Assembly: GCA_002269645.1 (NCBI GenBank)
Contig: NIVC01001313.1
Span: 124,001 to 188,000, forward strand
DNA length: 64,000 nucleotides
Source: Macrostomum lignano
Taxonomy: Eukaryota
Direction of reading: 5' to 3'
In this document: positions 1-32,959 of the stretch, in pieces
Layout: each line of letters opens with the position of its first letter
Numbering within the stretch: the stretch's first letter is position 1
The notes under the pieces: generated by a model
Databases searched by the model: none
Told to the model about the DNA's origin: nothing
What the model saw: only the letters and a program-made list of their open reading frames with translations
Position numbers and translations under genes: made by a program

Positions 1-77
1 CGTCGGGTCTGGGAGAGTGTACATTGGGGTAGGGGAAATTTAGGGTCTGGGAGAGTGTACATTGGGGTAAGGGGGAA

Positions 78-420
78 GCCCAGCGGTCTAGCGCAGGCTC
101 TGGTGTGCCAGTGACCCAGGCTCGATTCCAAGTGCAGTCACATTAATTTGGGGCTGAATTGGAATCTCGGCTTGGCTCTGCTCGTGCAATTAACGGCCTT
201 GAGAGCCAACCCCCCAAGGCGCAGTGAAGTGTACATGCCTAACGATAATATAAAGTTAGGGCCGCTGTAAACTCCTGTGAGTGTGTGCCTGCGTACGTAT
301 CCGCGCGCTTGTATGCCTGCTCAGGGGAGTCGGCGGAATGGGCAGTAATGCCTCTCGCCGGTTGTGTGCCTATGTCGCTTAAAGTGCGCCAGGGTGCACG
401 CAACCCCCCTGCCTCTATAT
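78..420 (+). mobile_element. Probable tRNA-derived SINE
   Basis: A-box-like AGCCCAGCGG and B-box-like GGCTCGATTCC. The body (200-420) recurs at ~32960-33150 (inverted), ~21228-21310 and ~5970-6045 (inverted). Confidence 0.55.
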
Positions 421-984
421 ATATAAGGGGGAAGCGTTGGGTCTGGGAGAGTGTACACTGGGGTAAAGGAAATTGTTTGGTCTTTGAGAGTGTACATCAC
501 TTACGGACGGGAATAAGTCAAGACAAAAAGTTCTAAAGATCGATAATAACCTTGATAAGATTAGCCAACCGATGGCGCATAACTAAAATGTAATCTTATG
601 GCTAAACTGTCACAAAAAGTGTAAAAAATGGAATCAATAAGAAGTGCAACTAATTTAAAATAAAATATATTTTAACAGCGTTTTAAAAAAATTAAACATA
701 ACGACGAACCAATAATTTAACACGAAGACTCTAGGTTACTATGTGAGGATCTAGGAGTAAACGCTGAAGTTAATTGCGTTTCAAGTGCATGCGTACACAC
801 GTACTACACACGTGTGTATCTGCTAATATTACAAGTCGGGCATCACAAATATTTTTATATCTGCGGAGACACATAGGGTACTCAGGGAAAAATATCAACC
901 AAAACGTGCGAGAAAAAAGTCCAAACCCTTTTTGAAGAAAAATATGATCATTTGACCTTATATGGTGGCTGGATTGACTGACTG

Positions 985-1100
985 ACATTGGGGTGGGGAC
1001 TGGCTGATAAGCGGGAAGTACATTGGGGTGGGGGACTGGCTGATAGGCGGGAGTACATTGGGGTGGGGGACTGGCTGATAGGCGGGAGTACATCGGGGTG
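985..1100. repeat. ~35-bp tandem repeat, ~3 copies
   Basis: TACATTGGGGTGGGGGACTGGCTGATAGGCGGGAG. Confidence 0.8.
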
Positions 1101-1828
1101 GGTTGATAGGAAATGAATGAGACAGCAATCGGTATCGCTGGCTCGGCGCAATTGCAACGAAAATTCCGTATAGAAATATATTAGAACACATACGAGTATT
1201 AAATCTGAAATTGAATTTACGGGGAATGTACTAATTTTACTTAATAAAAAAATCTTTACCACTTGACAACAATCAATTCATGCATTGTAATAATATATTC
1301 AAACTACAGAAATTATATATCGCGGTAGTGTGGAATATTCAATAGTACAATATGAAACTAAATACACAAGTAGGATGAAAATGATTATTTGAGGGGAAAC
1401 AGGCGAGATAGGTTAGTTAACTTAATAAATTATGAATATTTCTGGAAATAGTTGACGCAACGATTAAAGCTGAAAGGCATGCAAGTAAAGTATTTTTACT
1501 TTACGAATATATGCAGGACTCCCTCCTAACGCTCCAAAATAGCCTTGCTTGTTAAACAAATATTGAAATTTGAAATCGTGCCGGAAACGAACAATCCTAA
1601 TAAGGACACCAATAACATAAAAACGCTCTTAAAAGTATTTTAAAAAGCACGAAATTAAACATCAAAATTTATTCAATGAATACAAAACTATAATTGCAAT
1701 CAATAAGAGTTTAAATATAGGTTTGTTCTGATTTAAACAAGCAATCAACACGCTTATGGTCTAGTCTAGTTATAGATATAGATACAGTATGCTTTATCAA
1801 TAATAAATTTGCATCCCGCCAGGCCAGC

Positions 1829-21707
<19,879 letters not shown>

Positions 21708-22134
21708 GACCGCCAATTTGTGGCTGGCTTGGCTTACTGTTTCTGAAGTTATTAAACAATGAGAGCAAAACATTACATAAGTAATTTGTTTATTTATTTG
21801 GCTTCCATTGTGAATGACAAAACCAATACCACAACTAAGAAAAACTATTGGTCAATAAATAATTCAGTGCTAAGTCCTTGCTAAAGTCTGTCCAATCTAA
21901 AGTCTAATCCAAAAAATTAAATTATATTCTTATTCTCAAACCATATTTCAATTAAAACTTTTTTTCATTTGAAGCTTTGTTAAAAAGTAAAATGTTCTTA
22001 AAAAAACATATATAATTTTTAGTCAGAAAAAAGCTAGCCAATCCAATTGCCACTTGGCTCAATTTTATTTAACTATTGATATTAGCTATTGGTAGAATAT
22101 GAGACATACAATGTATAGTCACACTGTCACTGTT

Positions 22135-22260
22135 TATATCTCTTCTCTCTTATATCTAAAGCTGAGTGGGTCGATCGACCGGCCGGGTTTAACGCGTATC
22201 TCCTCCTAGACGGCTGGCAACTCAAATGCGGGACTTACATATATCAATTCAAAATTTTCC
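22135..22260 (+). mobile_element. Possible Helitron-like 5' end
   Basis: TC..TATATCTAAAGCTGAG..AACGCGTATCTCC resembles 5' ends of non-autonomous invertebrate Helitrons; no 3' end found. Confidence 0.25.
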
Positions 22261-22999
22261 TACGCAACAAATAGGCTATTTTAATGTTGAAAAATTAAAA
22301 GTCAAGTCCGTTAAAAAAGCAAAAAACTGTTTTCTTAACCTTCTTTGGCCACTTTGCCTCTCCAGTGGCATTATTGTAAAAACAACCACCCCAACCTCCC
22401 CCCGCAGGTCGCTGTGTATTGGAGGGGTGGTTGATGCGTGTTCTGGGTTCAATGCTAATAAAACCCCCGCGTGTTGGGGGGTTCAGTTAAATTTAATGCT
22501 TCCCTCCAGAACGGAGGGTTGGTTTGGGCTGAGTGTACATAGCAATGTACATTGTAAACAGATAGATAGGACTGTGTCGAGATTCAATTGGTTTTACTAT
22601 CGGCGCCTTTCAAAAGGCAGCCTGTCTGTATATTAGCTGGGCAGTGAAATTCAATGAATAAACAGCAGGCAGGTGAATGTACACTCGATACTTAATGCTT
22701 TGAACCGGGAAGTTCAGACGTTAACTGTTCCTTTTTTTAACTTTGAGAGGAGAGACTTATATTGCTGGAAGGATCTTGCAACGCTGAATTCGGGGATATA
22801 AGTTATTTGCTTTAAATATGAAAACAAAAAGCACAGCATTGAAAAAACGATTCCATACTTTTAAAATTTCTGCCAAGATTGTAGTTGGGGGGGGGGGTTG
22901 AGTACACAAATTCAGGCCAGCTATCATTTGAGTAAATTCAGTAATGGAGGAGGCTGGTAAAAAATTTCAATTGGTTTGATTATCGGCGCTTTCAGTCCG

Positions 23000-24610
23000 T
23001 CAGATAAGAGAGTAAAGAGAAGAGAGATTTCAAGGAGAAGAGAGGATAGAAAGATGATAGAAAGACAGTAGATATGAGAGATAAGAGATTAAAGACGACA
23101 GAGCCAGAGGGTAGAGAAGAGGGGAGTGAGGCGGGAATGATGAAGAGGGAGAGCGAAGAGAAGAGAAAGTAGAGGGAAGAAAGGAGGGGAGAGAGGAAAA
23201 TGAGAGAGCAAAGGAGGGAGGAAAGATGGGAGGAGAGAGGAGGGATAAGATAGTACAGAGGAGAGAGAAGAGAGAGGAGAGATGAGACAGGAGACGGTAG
23301 AGAGAAGAGGGGAAAGATGAGAGATGAAGAGGGAGAGGGTAAGAGAGAAAATAGGAGTATGAGAATTGAGAGCAGAGAGGAGAGACGAGAGAGAAAAAAG
23401 AGGAGAGAGAGAGGACAGGGTAGAGGAGAGGCGATAGATAAGCGAGTAGAGATGAGAGATGAGAGAGAAGAGGAGAGATAGAGAGAATTGAGAGAAGACA
23501 GGAGAGAAGAGATAGAGAGAAGAGGGAGAGAGCGAAGCGAGAAGAGAAGGGAGAGAAGAGAGAGATGAAAAAACAAATGAGAGAGCAAAAGGGGAAAGAT
23601 GAGAGAATAGAGATGAGAAAATAGAGATGAGAGCGTAGAGGGGAGAGATGAGAGATGGGAGGTGATTGATAAGAAAGTAAGAGTAGAGATGAGAGAGGAG
23701 ATGGAGAGCAGGAAGCAGAAAGAAGAGATTAGATAAAGGAGCAAAGAGGAGAGAGGCGACAGGAGAGAGTCTCAGTCTGGACGATGGCAGTCAATTTTTG
23801 TAAACAGGGAAAACATGCTATGATATTTCAGAGGTTTTATGGAGGATTTGGAAGATTTGGAAGATTTTTTGACGTATACCCAGACAAGTAAAAATCATAT
23901 TTTTATAGACTTCAGTTTCATAGTCTTGATTGACTGAAATTTGATAGAGATAGTATTTTTTTAAATCGATGGATTGTAGCTTGAAGGAGGATGATACAAG
24001 CTAGATTGCAGTTTAACGGAGAGGATTTTGATGATAGCTGTTTCATGGAGAGGATGAAATGGTTAAATTGAAAGGGAATAGAGAAAAGAGAAAAGGCTAG
24101 AGTAGATAAAAGATTAGATGAAAGAGAACATGAAAAGAGAGAATTAAAAGGGACAGATTAGAGAAAAGAAAAAAAGAGAATAAAGGCGAGAGAAAAGATG
24201 AAGGAATTGAGAGGAGAGAGGAGAGGGGTAAGAGAGGAGAAAGAGGAGACAGAGGGAGTAGAGCCAAAAGACGAGAGAGAAGAGATAAATTAGTAGAGAT
24301 GAGGGGAGAGAGAGGAGAGAGAAGCAAGAGGATAAGGGAGAGAGGAGAGGGGAGAAAGTAGAGAGATGAGAGAGCAGAGAGGAGATAAAGGAGAGGAGAG
24401 AGAAGAGATAAAAGAGGAGAGAGGAAAAAGTTGAGAGGAGAAAGTAGTGAGGAGAGATAAGAGAGTAGACATGAGAAATGATAGATAAGCGAGGAGATGA
24501 GAGCAGAGAGGAGATAGGAGAGATTAGAGATGAGAGAGCAGAGAGGAGATAGGAGAGATTAGAGATGAGAGAGCAAAGAGGAGAGAGGAGACAGACGAGA
24601 GTCTCAGTCT
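23000..24610. repeat. Two long GA-rich polypurine tracts (~23000-23770 and ~24080-24600)
   Basis: Almost exclusively A/G on the plus strand; both are followed by GAGAGTCTCAGTCTGGACGATGGCAG. Confidence 0.9.
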
Positions 24611-26970
24611 GGACGATGGCAGGCAGTCAATTTTTGCACACAGGTAAAACAACATGGTTTTTGGGAGGTTAATATAGGATTTGGAGAGGATTTGGACGAT
24701 GGGATTCGTGTCATTGGATTCAGCTGATGGTTTCGGGGAATGAAATTCTGGCGATGGGAGTTCTATCCCCTCACTCCGCCAACGGAGGAGTTGGCCTCGT
24801 ATTATATAAACCTAGTTAATAAATACTTTAGTCCTAGAATAAAATAATTTACTAAAAATTTGAGGCCTAGGCCAATACTTGAAGTACATAAAAATCTTAT
24901 ATAAAATATACAAATCAATTTGAATTTCTATTATTCTAATAATATAAACTTAACTATATAATCTATCATTTTGGTATTTGTAAGTAAATCTTTTAATATG
25001 CTAATTGTGTCTAATTGTATACTTGAATATTAAAAGGCAATACTTTCATTGAAATATATTATTCTAATTGGCACTAATATACTGACTAGGCATTTTGATA
25101 TAAAATTCACCTTAGAATCTAGTGCATCTTTTTATTGGGTAAAATCAGTTATTTCAAATTGGCACCAATAAAAAAATGCTTATTATAGTCAAAATCATGC
25201 TTAAAGTGAACCTTTATTATATATAATAGAAGCCTTATATTCTATATTTTAATATTGTGCTAGACATACAAAAAATGCAAAATGTTTATTTTAGTCCTAC
25301 ATCTCCTAATACCATTTTACATAACAATAGTAGTGGTGTAGATATTTTAGTCATACTGTAATGCACTACTTAAAGTAATTTTCTAATAGAATCAATCTAA
25401 ACTTGTAATCTATTTTTAGAATGAGTCATGGTGAATCATGTCTATTTTTAGAAATTATATTTTTAGAATGAGTCATGTGCAAACAGAAGTGACTTAGAGC
25501 CCTACATGGGATGGACATTTATTTGATCAAGGAACTGGTTCTCATGAGTTTTATTTTGCTTAATTCCATATATGGTAATGATCATACATTTATGACCCCT
25601 TAATCAAACATATGTAACCTAAGTAAATAATCAATTTTATACCAGTTTTTCACAAAAAATTTATTATAAATGTAAGCAAAAATCTGAGAGAAAAATTCAG
25701 ACTCAGAGTGGTCTCAAGGAATACCTTGGAGTACATTAACTAAGAAGACCCATCTCTGAGAGAAGAAATCTGGACCAATTGGTAAGCATTTACCTGATTT
25801 AGTTATTTGTTACTAGTGCTAATAAGTTGATTAATTAAGTTTACGAGAGACACTTATTGTGGACACTTTTGAGAAAGGCCTTCTTGTTTCCTAGGATACA
25901 TTCCTAGAAGATTATTGAGTTAATTTGAGTTATCTATTATGTTTCAGATGTAATGAAGAAGACGCCCTTTAGGGGGACCTATTACAGAGATTTAAAGAAT
26001 TCAATTGTTCATAAGGGCGCACATTTTATTGTTAATTCCGAGCTCAAGGACCATCAAGAATTCTGATTAGCTCTTGTTTTGGTCAACCCACAGATAAAGT
26101 TAAGGACTCCAAGAAATAATAGCTGTTCACTGGAACTGGCCGCCACCACTCATTAAGCTAGCTAGCCCTACAAGACTCTGCGACTACCAACCTTAAGAAG
26201 ATCTGCTGCAATAAGAGTTATTCGATTTTGTTTATACCTAGGCACTTTTTCTCTAGTGTCTAGAAATAGGAATTATTGAATGACTTATCACCATCCAATA
26301 AACTCTTCAGTAGTAGTGTAGGACCAAGACAGCCACACACTAAGATTGCCACACTTGGGGGAGCTAAGGAGGAATTTGGCTCAATGTGTTATTGGATTAT
26401 GCTAAAGAGGAGATGAGTAGGTAGGAGAGTCAACAGGACAAGGCTACAAGAGAGGAACATTTAAGAAGAATAGCAATGCTAGAAGATTGATAGCTCCTCC
26501 TTGGCCTTCAATACTAATAACCAATAATAGTTGTGGTAGTCTTGGTATGTGGCAGTCTTAGTCATGCGCTATAGTGATTAAGCAATATAATTTTTTTTTA
26601 ATATATATTAGTAGTAATATATCTACAAGCCTAAATTAAATGTAGTTCTCTTTTATAGTAAAACAGTACTCATTTTATAGCATATTCTTTTTTATATTCT
26701 TTGAATCTTCTTAACAATTACAACTTATTCTTTTTTAGAAAATACTATATTTTAATTTTTATCCTAATTTAGTTTAACCATGTTTTAAAATAATATTCTG
26801 CAAATAAAAATTGGTTTAAAAATATTTTCTTAATGAGTATAAATAAAAGCTCAAAAACCAAGAGAGTAACCAACCTACTTATGAGCTTTATTAATCAACT
26901 TCCAATTTGGAAAGAAACAAATCAAATTTGCTAGGCCTATTAGCAGTTTGTGTAAGAGCAATAGGTTTAA

Positions 26971-27615
26971 GACCAAGATGGCCATATACTAAGATGGTCA
27001 TAACATTGAATCTCTATTGTATCTACTCTCTTTCTACCATTAATTAGCAACATAATAGCTATTGTTATGTTATATTAATTTTAATATTAATATTATTATA
27101 TCAATTAAATATTAATATTAATATTTACTCAATCAATCATATTCATAAATACTGATGCAATAATATATTTGAAAGTAATTATCTATAATACAAAAACTTA
27201 ATCTTTTTAATGTTTATACCAAATTATTTTAATATCATTTTATCTAATAAATCTATCACTAGTAGTTTATCAAAAAGAAACCATTATTAGGCCTAATAAT
27301 AATGATTGCTAGCTATGCAAAAAATTGGATAAATATGCAATAAAGTATTTATTTTATGCTAAGTTACTTGTTTTATATAGGCCTAGTGGATAAATATCTA
27401 TAGGCCCCTACGTCAGGCTAGGGCCTACAATAAAAACTAAAGCCAAAGTCCAAAGAGAATGATTATAATATAATAAAATTCAATTATTTATAGCATTTAT
27501 CTTTCTTACTACCAATAGGATATGAGTGAAATATAGAAACCTAGGCTTATTATTATCTATTTGACTATTTAGACATTTAGAGCTGTGGCCATCTTAATGT
27601 ATGGCCATCTTGGTC
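26971..27615. mobile_element. MITE with ~30-bp TIRs
   Basis: GACCAAGATGGCCATATACTAAGATGGTCA at 26971 and its near reverse complement at 27586-27615. Confidence 0.6.
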
Positions 27616-29428
27616 ATGTGCCTTTTAATAAGCCTTCACTTATTTTATGAGAAACCCCAACATTGGAAGAATTAAAAACTGCTAAAAATGAGAATTACCT
27701 AGTAGTCTGAGGTAAATCACCTTAAACTAAGCAGTAAAATTGCCTTGGAGCAACATAAATTCATAAATAGCTTTAGAGCTATCATCCTCTGATCTAGGAA
27801 ATGCCTAAGACTAAGAAAAATCCCTTGATATGAGTAAATAGGGTATAAGATAGGAATAGGGTAAATGTCATATAACTGTTCAGGCCAGTAGATGCTAATT
27901 AGTTATTAGTAAATATTAAATAATACATATGCTAGCAATAATATCTGATTACACTATATATACGCTGAGTACACTATATAAAAATAGTAAGAAGCCTTAC
28001 ACATAACATAACCTTTGATGGCAGGTTAGTGAGATTTTAAAAGGAGAACATAAAGCACTATATAGCTTGGTGGAAATTTGATAAAATAGAAGCAACCCCT
28101 AGATTTAGAACAGCTTGGTTTATTGGTGGGATTTAGATATAGTTTAGGCCTACCCCCTAGTACAGCTTGGTAATATCAGTAAGTAAGGTAATCATTAAGG
28201 GTTAAGAATAGCCCTAGTATAGAAATAGTTTGTCTCTGGCTATATTATTGGTACTATCTATGCTATAGTCAATATATATAATTAGGCATAACATAATAGC
28301 TCTAATACTAGTATAGTAATTCTAAAAATGTAATGTGGATTGCACTGCACTACAATGCATGTTCCATCGTTACGTGGATTCTAAAAAAAATATTTAGCCT
28401 GGCGTCAGCCTAATTAGCAGAGTGTAGAAGTACACTATTAATCATTCGGAATCATGTGTGCTCTGAAGATGTTAACGGTTTGTTTTACTATTTGACCCAT
28501 AAAAGTACATTTACAATAGAGATATAAAAATTGCACAATTTATCAGCTTAAAAAATTATAACGCAAATTAAAAAACAAGCTTGCTTTTTAGCAAGCCGTT
28601 TGGGCATTCATCATTTTCTTTGAAACAATACCGCTGTTGTTTTGTTTTTTAACTGCTTTGTATTTTCGTGCTTTAATTTTGCATTTTCTTAGAAAATGTA
28701 TAGTATATAACATAGACATATACTACGAGCACACGTATTACGTATATAGCACACAGACTAAGAGCTCTCAACACAACTGTTACTATTAACGAGATCCAAT
28801 TATGATATTTTTATTTTCTACAATTTTGGTCAACAACTATTCTGCGTTTAAAGATCTTCACTTTCTAATTAATAAGTGGACACTGCTACTGACACTGATT
28901 TAGATTTAGAAATGATTTAGAAATATCATTTAGCTTAAGTCACTTTAAACTAGCAGAAAAATATAAATGAATGGTTAAAATTTAATCAGAATAGGCTACA
29001 AATAATAAAGCAGTTTCTTTTAAAAATTTAAGGCATTTTAGTCTAAGTAGATCGCTAGATAGATAAATTAGACCCAAATTATATGCCTATAGGCTATAGC
29101 CTATACTGAAATTGAGCAAAATGTCTAATTATATTCCATTTTCAATCAACATTTTCGAGAAAAAACATTTACACTAAGACATCTAAAATGGATAAATTTA
29201 GGCTATGAGAATACTGGTATTAATTTTTTTCTCTGCATTTACAGACCGATTTTCAAATAGAGTCAAATGGTCAAGTCATAAAACTCCATTTAAAGAACTG
29301 AGAATTAGCCAGCAGTAATATTTTATTCAATTTTTTTGTTTGATTTTTTCATTTTATCATTATTTCCTCTCAAATAATAGATCTTTTAATCAATTGATAA
29401 AATAACATAAATTCCAGGAAGCTTTTTT

Positions 29429-32400
29429 ATGGATTCAGCAGAGCAACAGCAGTCTAATGAATATGCTAATAAGTCTAGAAAATTTATTCCTTTGGCTTCA
29501 TCATCAGCATTGTCTTCCTCTTGTCCTAATATAAAAATTGGCAATACAAGCAGTGGGAGCTCAGATTGTTTGATAAATACCCGAGATGATCAACAGCAAC
29601 ATAGATGGCAGTCATTAACCAATTTCACTGGCGATGGATTTTCAAAAAGCCAGTCCATGATGGGTAAGCTCATGTTATGTGGCTCTGGTTTAAACTTTAA
29701 AGTGTTCATAGGCTTCCAAAGTAGTAATTTCCCATAAGCAGCCAAAATAATAAATTTCAGAGAAACAACTATAAGATTAGTTCTAAAAAATAAGCAATGC
29801 ATGACTTTATATCATTGCTAGCTAAGGCGCGCTTTCAGAAACTATGAACCTATGACAACATGTCAACCTGCATAGATCGCTACTAGAAACTGGGCCAAGA
29901 TGATTTATTAAGTTTGGGTCTCCCTCTCCACCTAACCGTCGCCGCAGTGGCCGCAGCCGCAGCGGCCGCCCGCTGCCTGATGTGCCAGAGCTGGCGCGCC
30001 GAGATTCGCCGTCTCCGCTCCGCCCAACATCAGGCTGAAGCCGACGCTGCTGCCGAAGCCGCTGGCCGTCAGCGCGAGGCAGCCCGCGCAGCTGAATTAG
30101 CCGACGCTCTCGAACGTCTGGACTCGGCCTGTCGTCGTTCCGACGCTGCTCACGTTGAAAAACTCGACGATTTGAGCAAGCAGCTGTCTGAAGCGTCGGC
30201 CAGGGTGACGAAACTGCGCGACCAACTTGACGCTTGCCGGTCCGGCCTCGGCGACCAGCTGAGCTGCCTGATCCGCGACCGCGACCAGCTGCAGGACGGC
30301 ATCGACCAGCTGCAGGGCTGGTACGACGACCTGCTGGCCTCCGGACGCGACTCCGCTGATAAGCTGCGGCAGGGTCTGCTGGAGGACATCCCGGCTGCGG
30401 CTGATGAACTGCAGGTCGGGCAAAATATTTTCTAGAAATATTCTAGATCACTCTCAATAATTTTCCATACTTTAATCTCCCATAGTTAAAATCTCCCATA
30501 GTTAAAATCTCCCATAGTTAAAATCTCCCATAGTTAAAATCTCCCATAGTTAAAATCTCCCATAGTTAAAATCTCCCATAGTTAAAATCTCCCATAGTTA
30601 AAATCTCCCATAGTTAAAATCTCCCATAGTTAAAATCTCCCATAATTAAAATCTCCCATAGTTAAAATCTCCCATAGTTAAAATCTCCCATAGTTAAAAT
30701 CTCCCATAGTTAAAATCTCCCATAGTTAAAATCTCCCATAGTTAAAATCTCCCATAGTTAAATCATCGCGTACAAAAGTCACTAAAAGTACATAAGATAC
30801 TTTAATGCACTACAAACTGGTCCCGAACTCCCGGTCCTCTACTGAACTAACATTGCGGTCTTCTGCTCCGCCAGGTGCTTGTGCTCAAGCTCAAGGAGGA
30901 CCTCATCTCAGAGCGCGTCAACCGAGAGCACCTAGAACGTCGCTACAAATCCGAAGCAGACTTTGAGCGGCAAAAATTATTGAGCGAATCTGAGCAGCTC
31001 CGCCAGACGCAGGAGTGCTTGCAGGCCGAGACTGACAGGTGCGACCGGCTGCGCTCGGAGCTGGCCAAGGAGCGCTCGGCTAAGGAGGCCGCCCAGTCAC
31101 AGCTGTCCAGCTTGCAGGAGAAATCGAGAGAGGTGGCAGCCAATCTGCGAGCTAGCGAGGCGGAACTCAAAGCTAGGACTGCCAGACTTGAGACTGATAA
31201 TGCCGAGCTGAGGCACCGGGTCACCTGTCTGCAGGTGAGAGCGGACTTGGGAAATATTGGGACTATTCAACTATTGTGATGCGTGCAGGGTGAGACAGGA
31301 TGATGAGAGTGAGATGCGGCACAGAGTGAGATTTGACACAGAGTGAGATGTGACCGAGTGAGATGTGACCGAGTGAGATGTGACCGAGTGAGATGTGACC
31401 GAGTGAGATGTGACCGAGTGAGATGTGACAAAGTGAGATGTGACCGAGTGAGATGTGACCGAGTGAGATGTGACCGAGTGAGATGTGACCGAGTGAGATG
31501 TGACCGAGTGAGATGTGACCGAGTGTGATGTGACACAGAGTGAGATGCGACACATAGTGAGATGCGGCACAGTGAGATGCGACAGAGTGAGATGTGGCAC
31601 AGAGTGAGATGCGGCAGAGTGAGATGCGGCAGAGTGAGATGTGGCACAGAGTAAGATGCGGCAGAGTGAGATGTGGCACAGAGTGAGATGCGGCGCAGAG
31701 TGAGATGCGGCACAGAGTGAGATGTGACAGAGTAAGATGTGATGGAGTGAGATGCGGCACAGAGTGAGATGTGGCACAGAGTGAGATGCGGCAGAGTGAG
31801 ATGTGGCACAGAGTGAGATGCGGCGCAGAGTGAGATGTGACCGAGTGAGATGTGACACAGAGTGAGATGCGGCACAGAGTGAGATGTGACCGAGTGAGAT
31901 GTGATCGAGTGAGATGTGACAAAGTGAGATGTGACCGAGTGAGATGTGGCACAGATTAACAGCAGAACTACCAAGAGGAGGGAAGAAATTCCCCCCCCCT
32001 GACAATTTTTTTGCTGCGCTAGAACGGAGAAACGCAGGCACACGGAATTCAAGAGCACGGGCTGACTTTTTGTTGCGCACCTTCTCAAACAAAAATCAAG
32101 TCGCCAGCCCTCCGGACCGTCGAGATATTCGACGATTCCGCCAGAAGGTCGGATTTTTCCCATAAGCGCCAGTGTATTCAGTACACCCCTGTGCGCCAAT
32201 CAGCACTGCGCCTCAGTGCAGCCTTGCCAAGTCTCCAAATTTCATCAGCACGTCGATCACGTGTGTCTGCATCAGCTCTGACTTCGTTGGTCACTAGCCT
32301 TGGTCAAAATTGTAGGTGGGGGGGGGGAATTTCTTCCCCCCTATTGGTAGTTCGACGGGCGGAAAATGGCTTGGCATTCCTACTGTAAAGCTAACAGCAG

Positions 32401-32763
32401 TTCCGTTCTTCCCTTTCCGAGCAGACGGAGCTGCAGAACTCGGAGAGCGTCCAGAAGGACTTCGTTGAGCTTTCACAGTCGCTGCAAATGCAGCTGGAGA
32501 ACCTCAGGCAGCAGGAGAGCCAGGTGCGATGGCAATTCGTCGAAGACGCATCGAACTGCGGCGCCTGCGGTCGCGGCCTCAGCCTGACTGTAAAGCCGCG
32601 CCGCTGCCTGCACTGCGTGAAGCTGTTCTGCCAGGACTGCACGGCCAAGACCGTCACCTCTGGGCCAAGTAAGCGGCAGGCCAACGTGTGCGAATTCTGC
32701 CACACTCTGGTTGTCAAGGACGCTGTGCCCTATTTCAGCGTACGAGCCCCAGCCAATAAGTAG
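29429..32763 (+). CDS. RABEP1: Rabaptin-5/RABEP1-like coiled-coil protein with C-terminal FYVE-like domain, ~470 aa
   Basis: Exons ~29429-29663, 29948-30414, 30875-31234 and 32425(or 32422)-32763 are phase-compatible. NSESVQKDFVELSQSLQMQLENLRQ aligns with human VSEQVQRDFVKLSQTLQVQLERIRQ; also ELQVLVLKLKEDLI and CLMCQSW, followed by an 8-Cys finger. The first exon is AT-rich and less certain. Confidence 0.85.
30475..30762. repeat. 16-bp minisatellite in a RABEP1 intron
   Basis: ATAGTTAAAATCTCCC, near-perfect copies. Confidence 0.97.
31290..31950. repeat. 15-17-bp minisatellite in a RABEP1 intron
   Basis: GAGTGAGATGTGACC / GAGTGAGATGCGGCACA. Confidence 0.95.
31965..32353. mobile_element. MITE with ~35-bp TIRs in the last RABEP1 intron
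   Basis: GAACTACCAA..GGGAAGAAATTCCCCCCCC and its inverse ending TTGGTAGTTC. Confidence 0.7.
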
Positions 32764-32959
32764 ACAGCCCAGTAGTATCATTAGCGTTAATGGTCGGAAT
32801 CTGACTAAATAATAATAAAAACATTTACCTGCATATCACGATTGCAGGAAAAAACAGCAATTGCTTTATGGAAACTTTCCAAGTGCTGTAACAATGATTA
32901 AAGAAACATGAAATCGCACTGGCCAAAATGGGCATCGGTGCTTTTAAAAGCATTATTAA

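Noticed and set aside
25690-26500. Stop codons in a decayed frame read as proof of CAA/CAG/CGA to stop hypermutation
   Set aside because: Every stop begins with T, so this is uninformative without an ancestral sequence.
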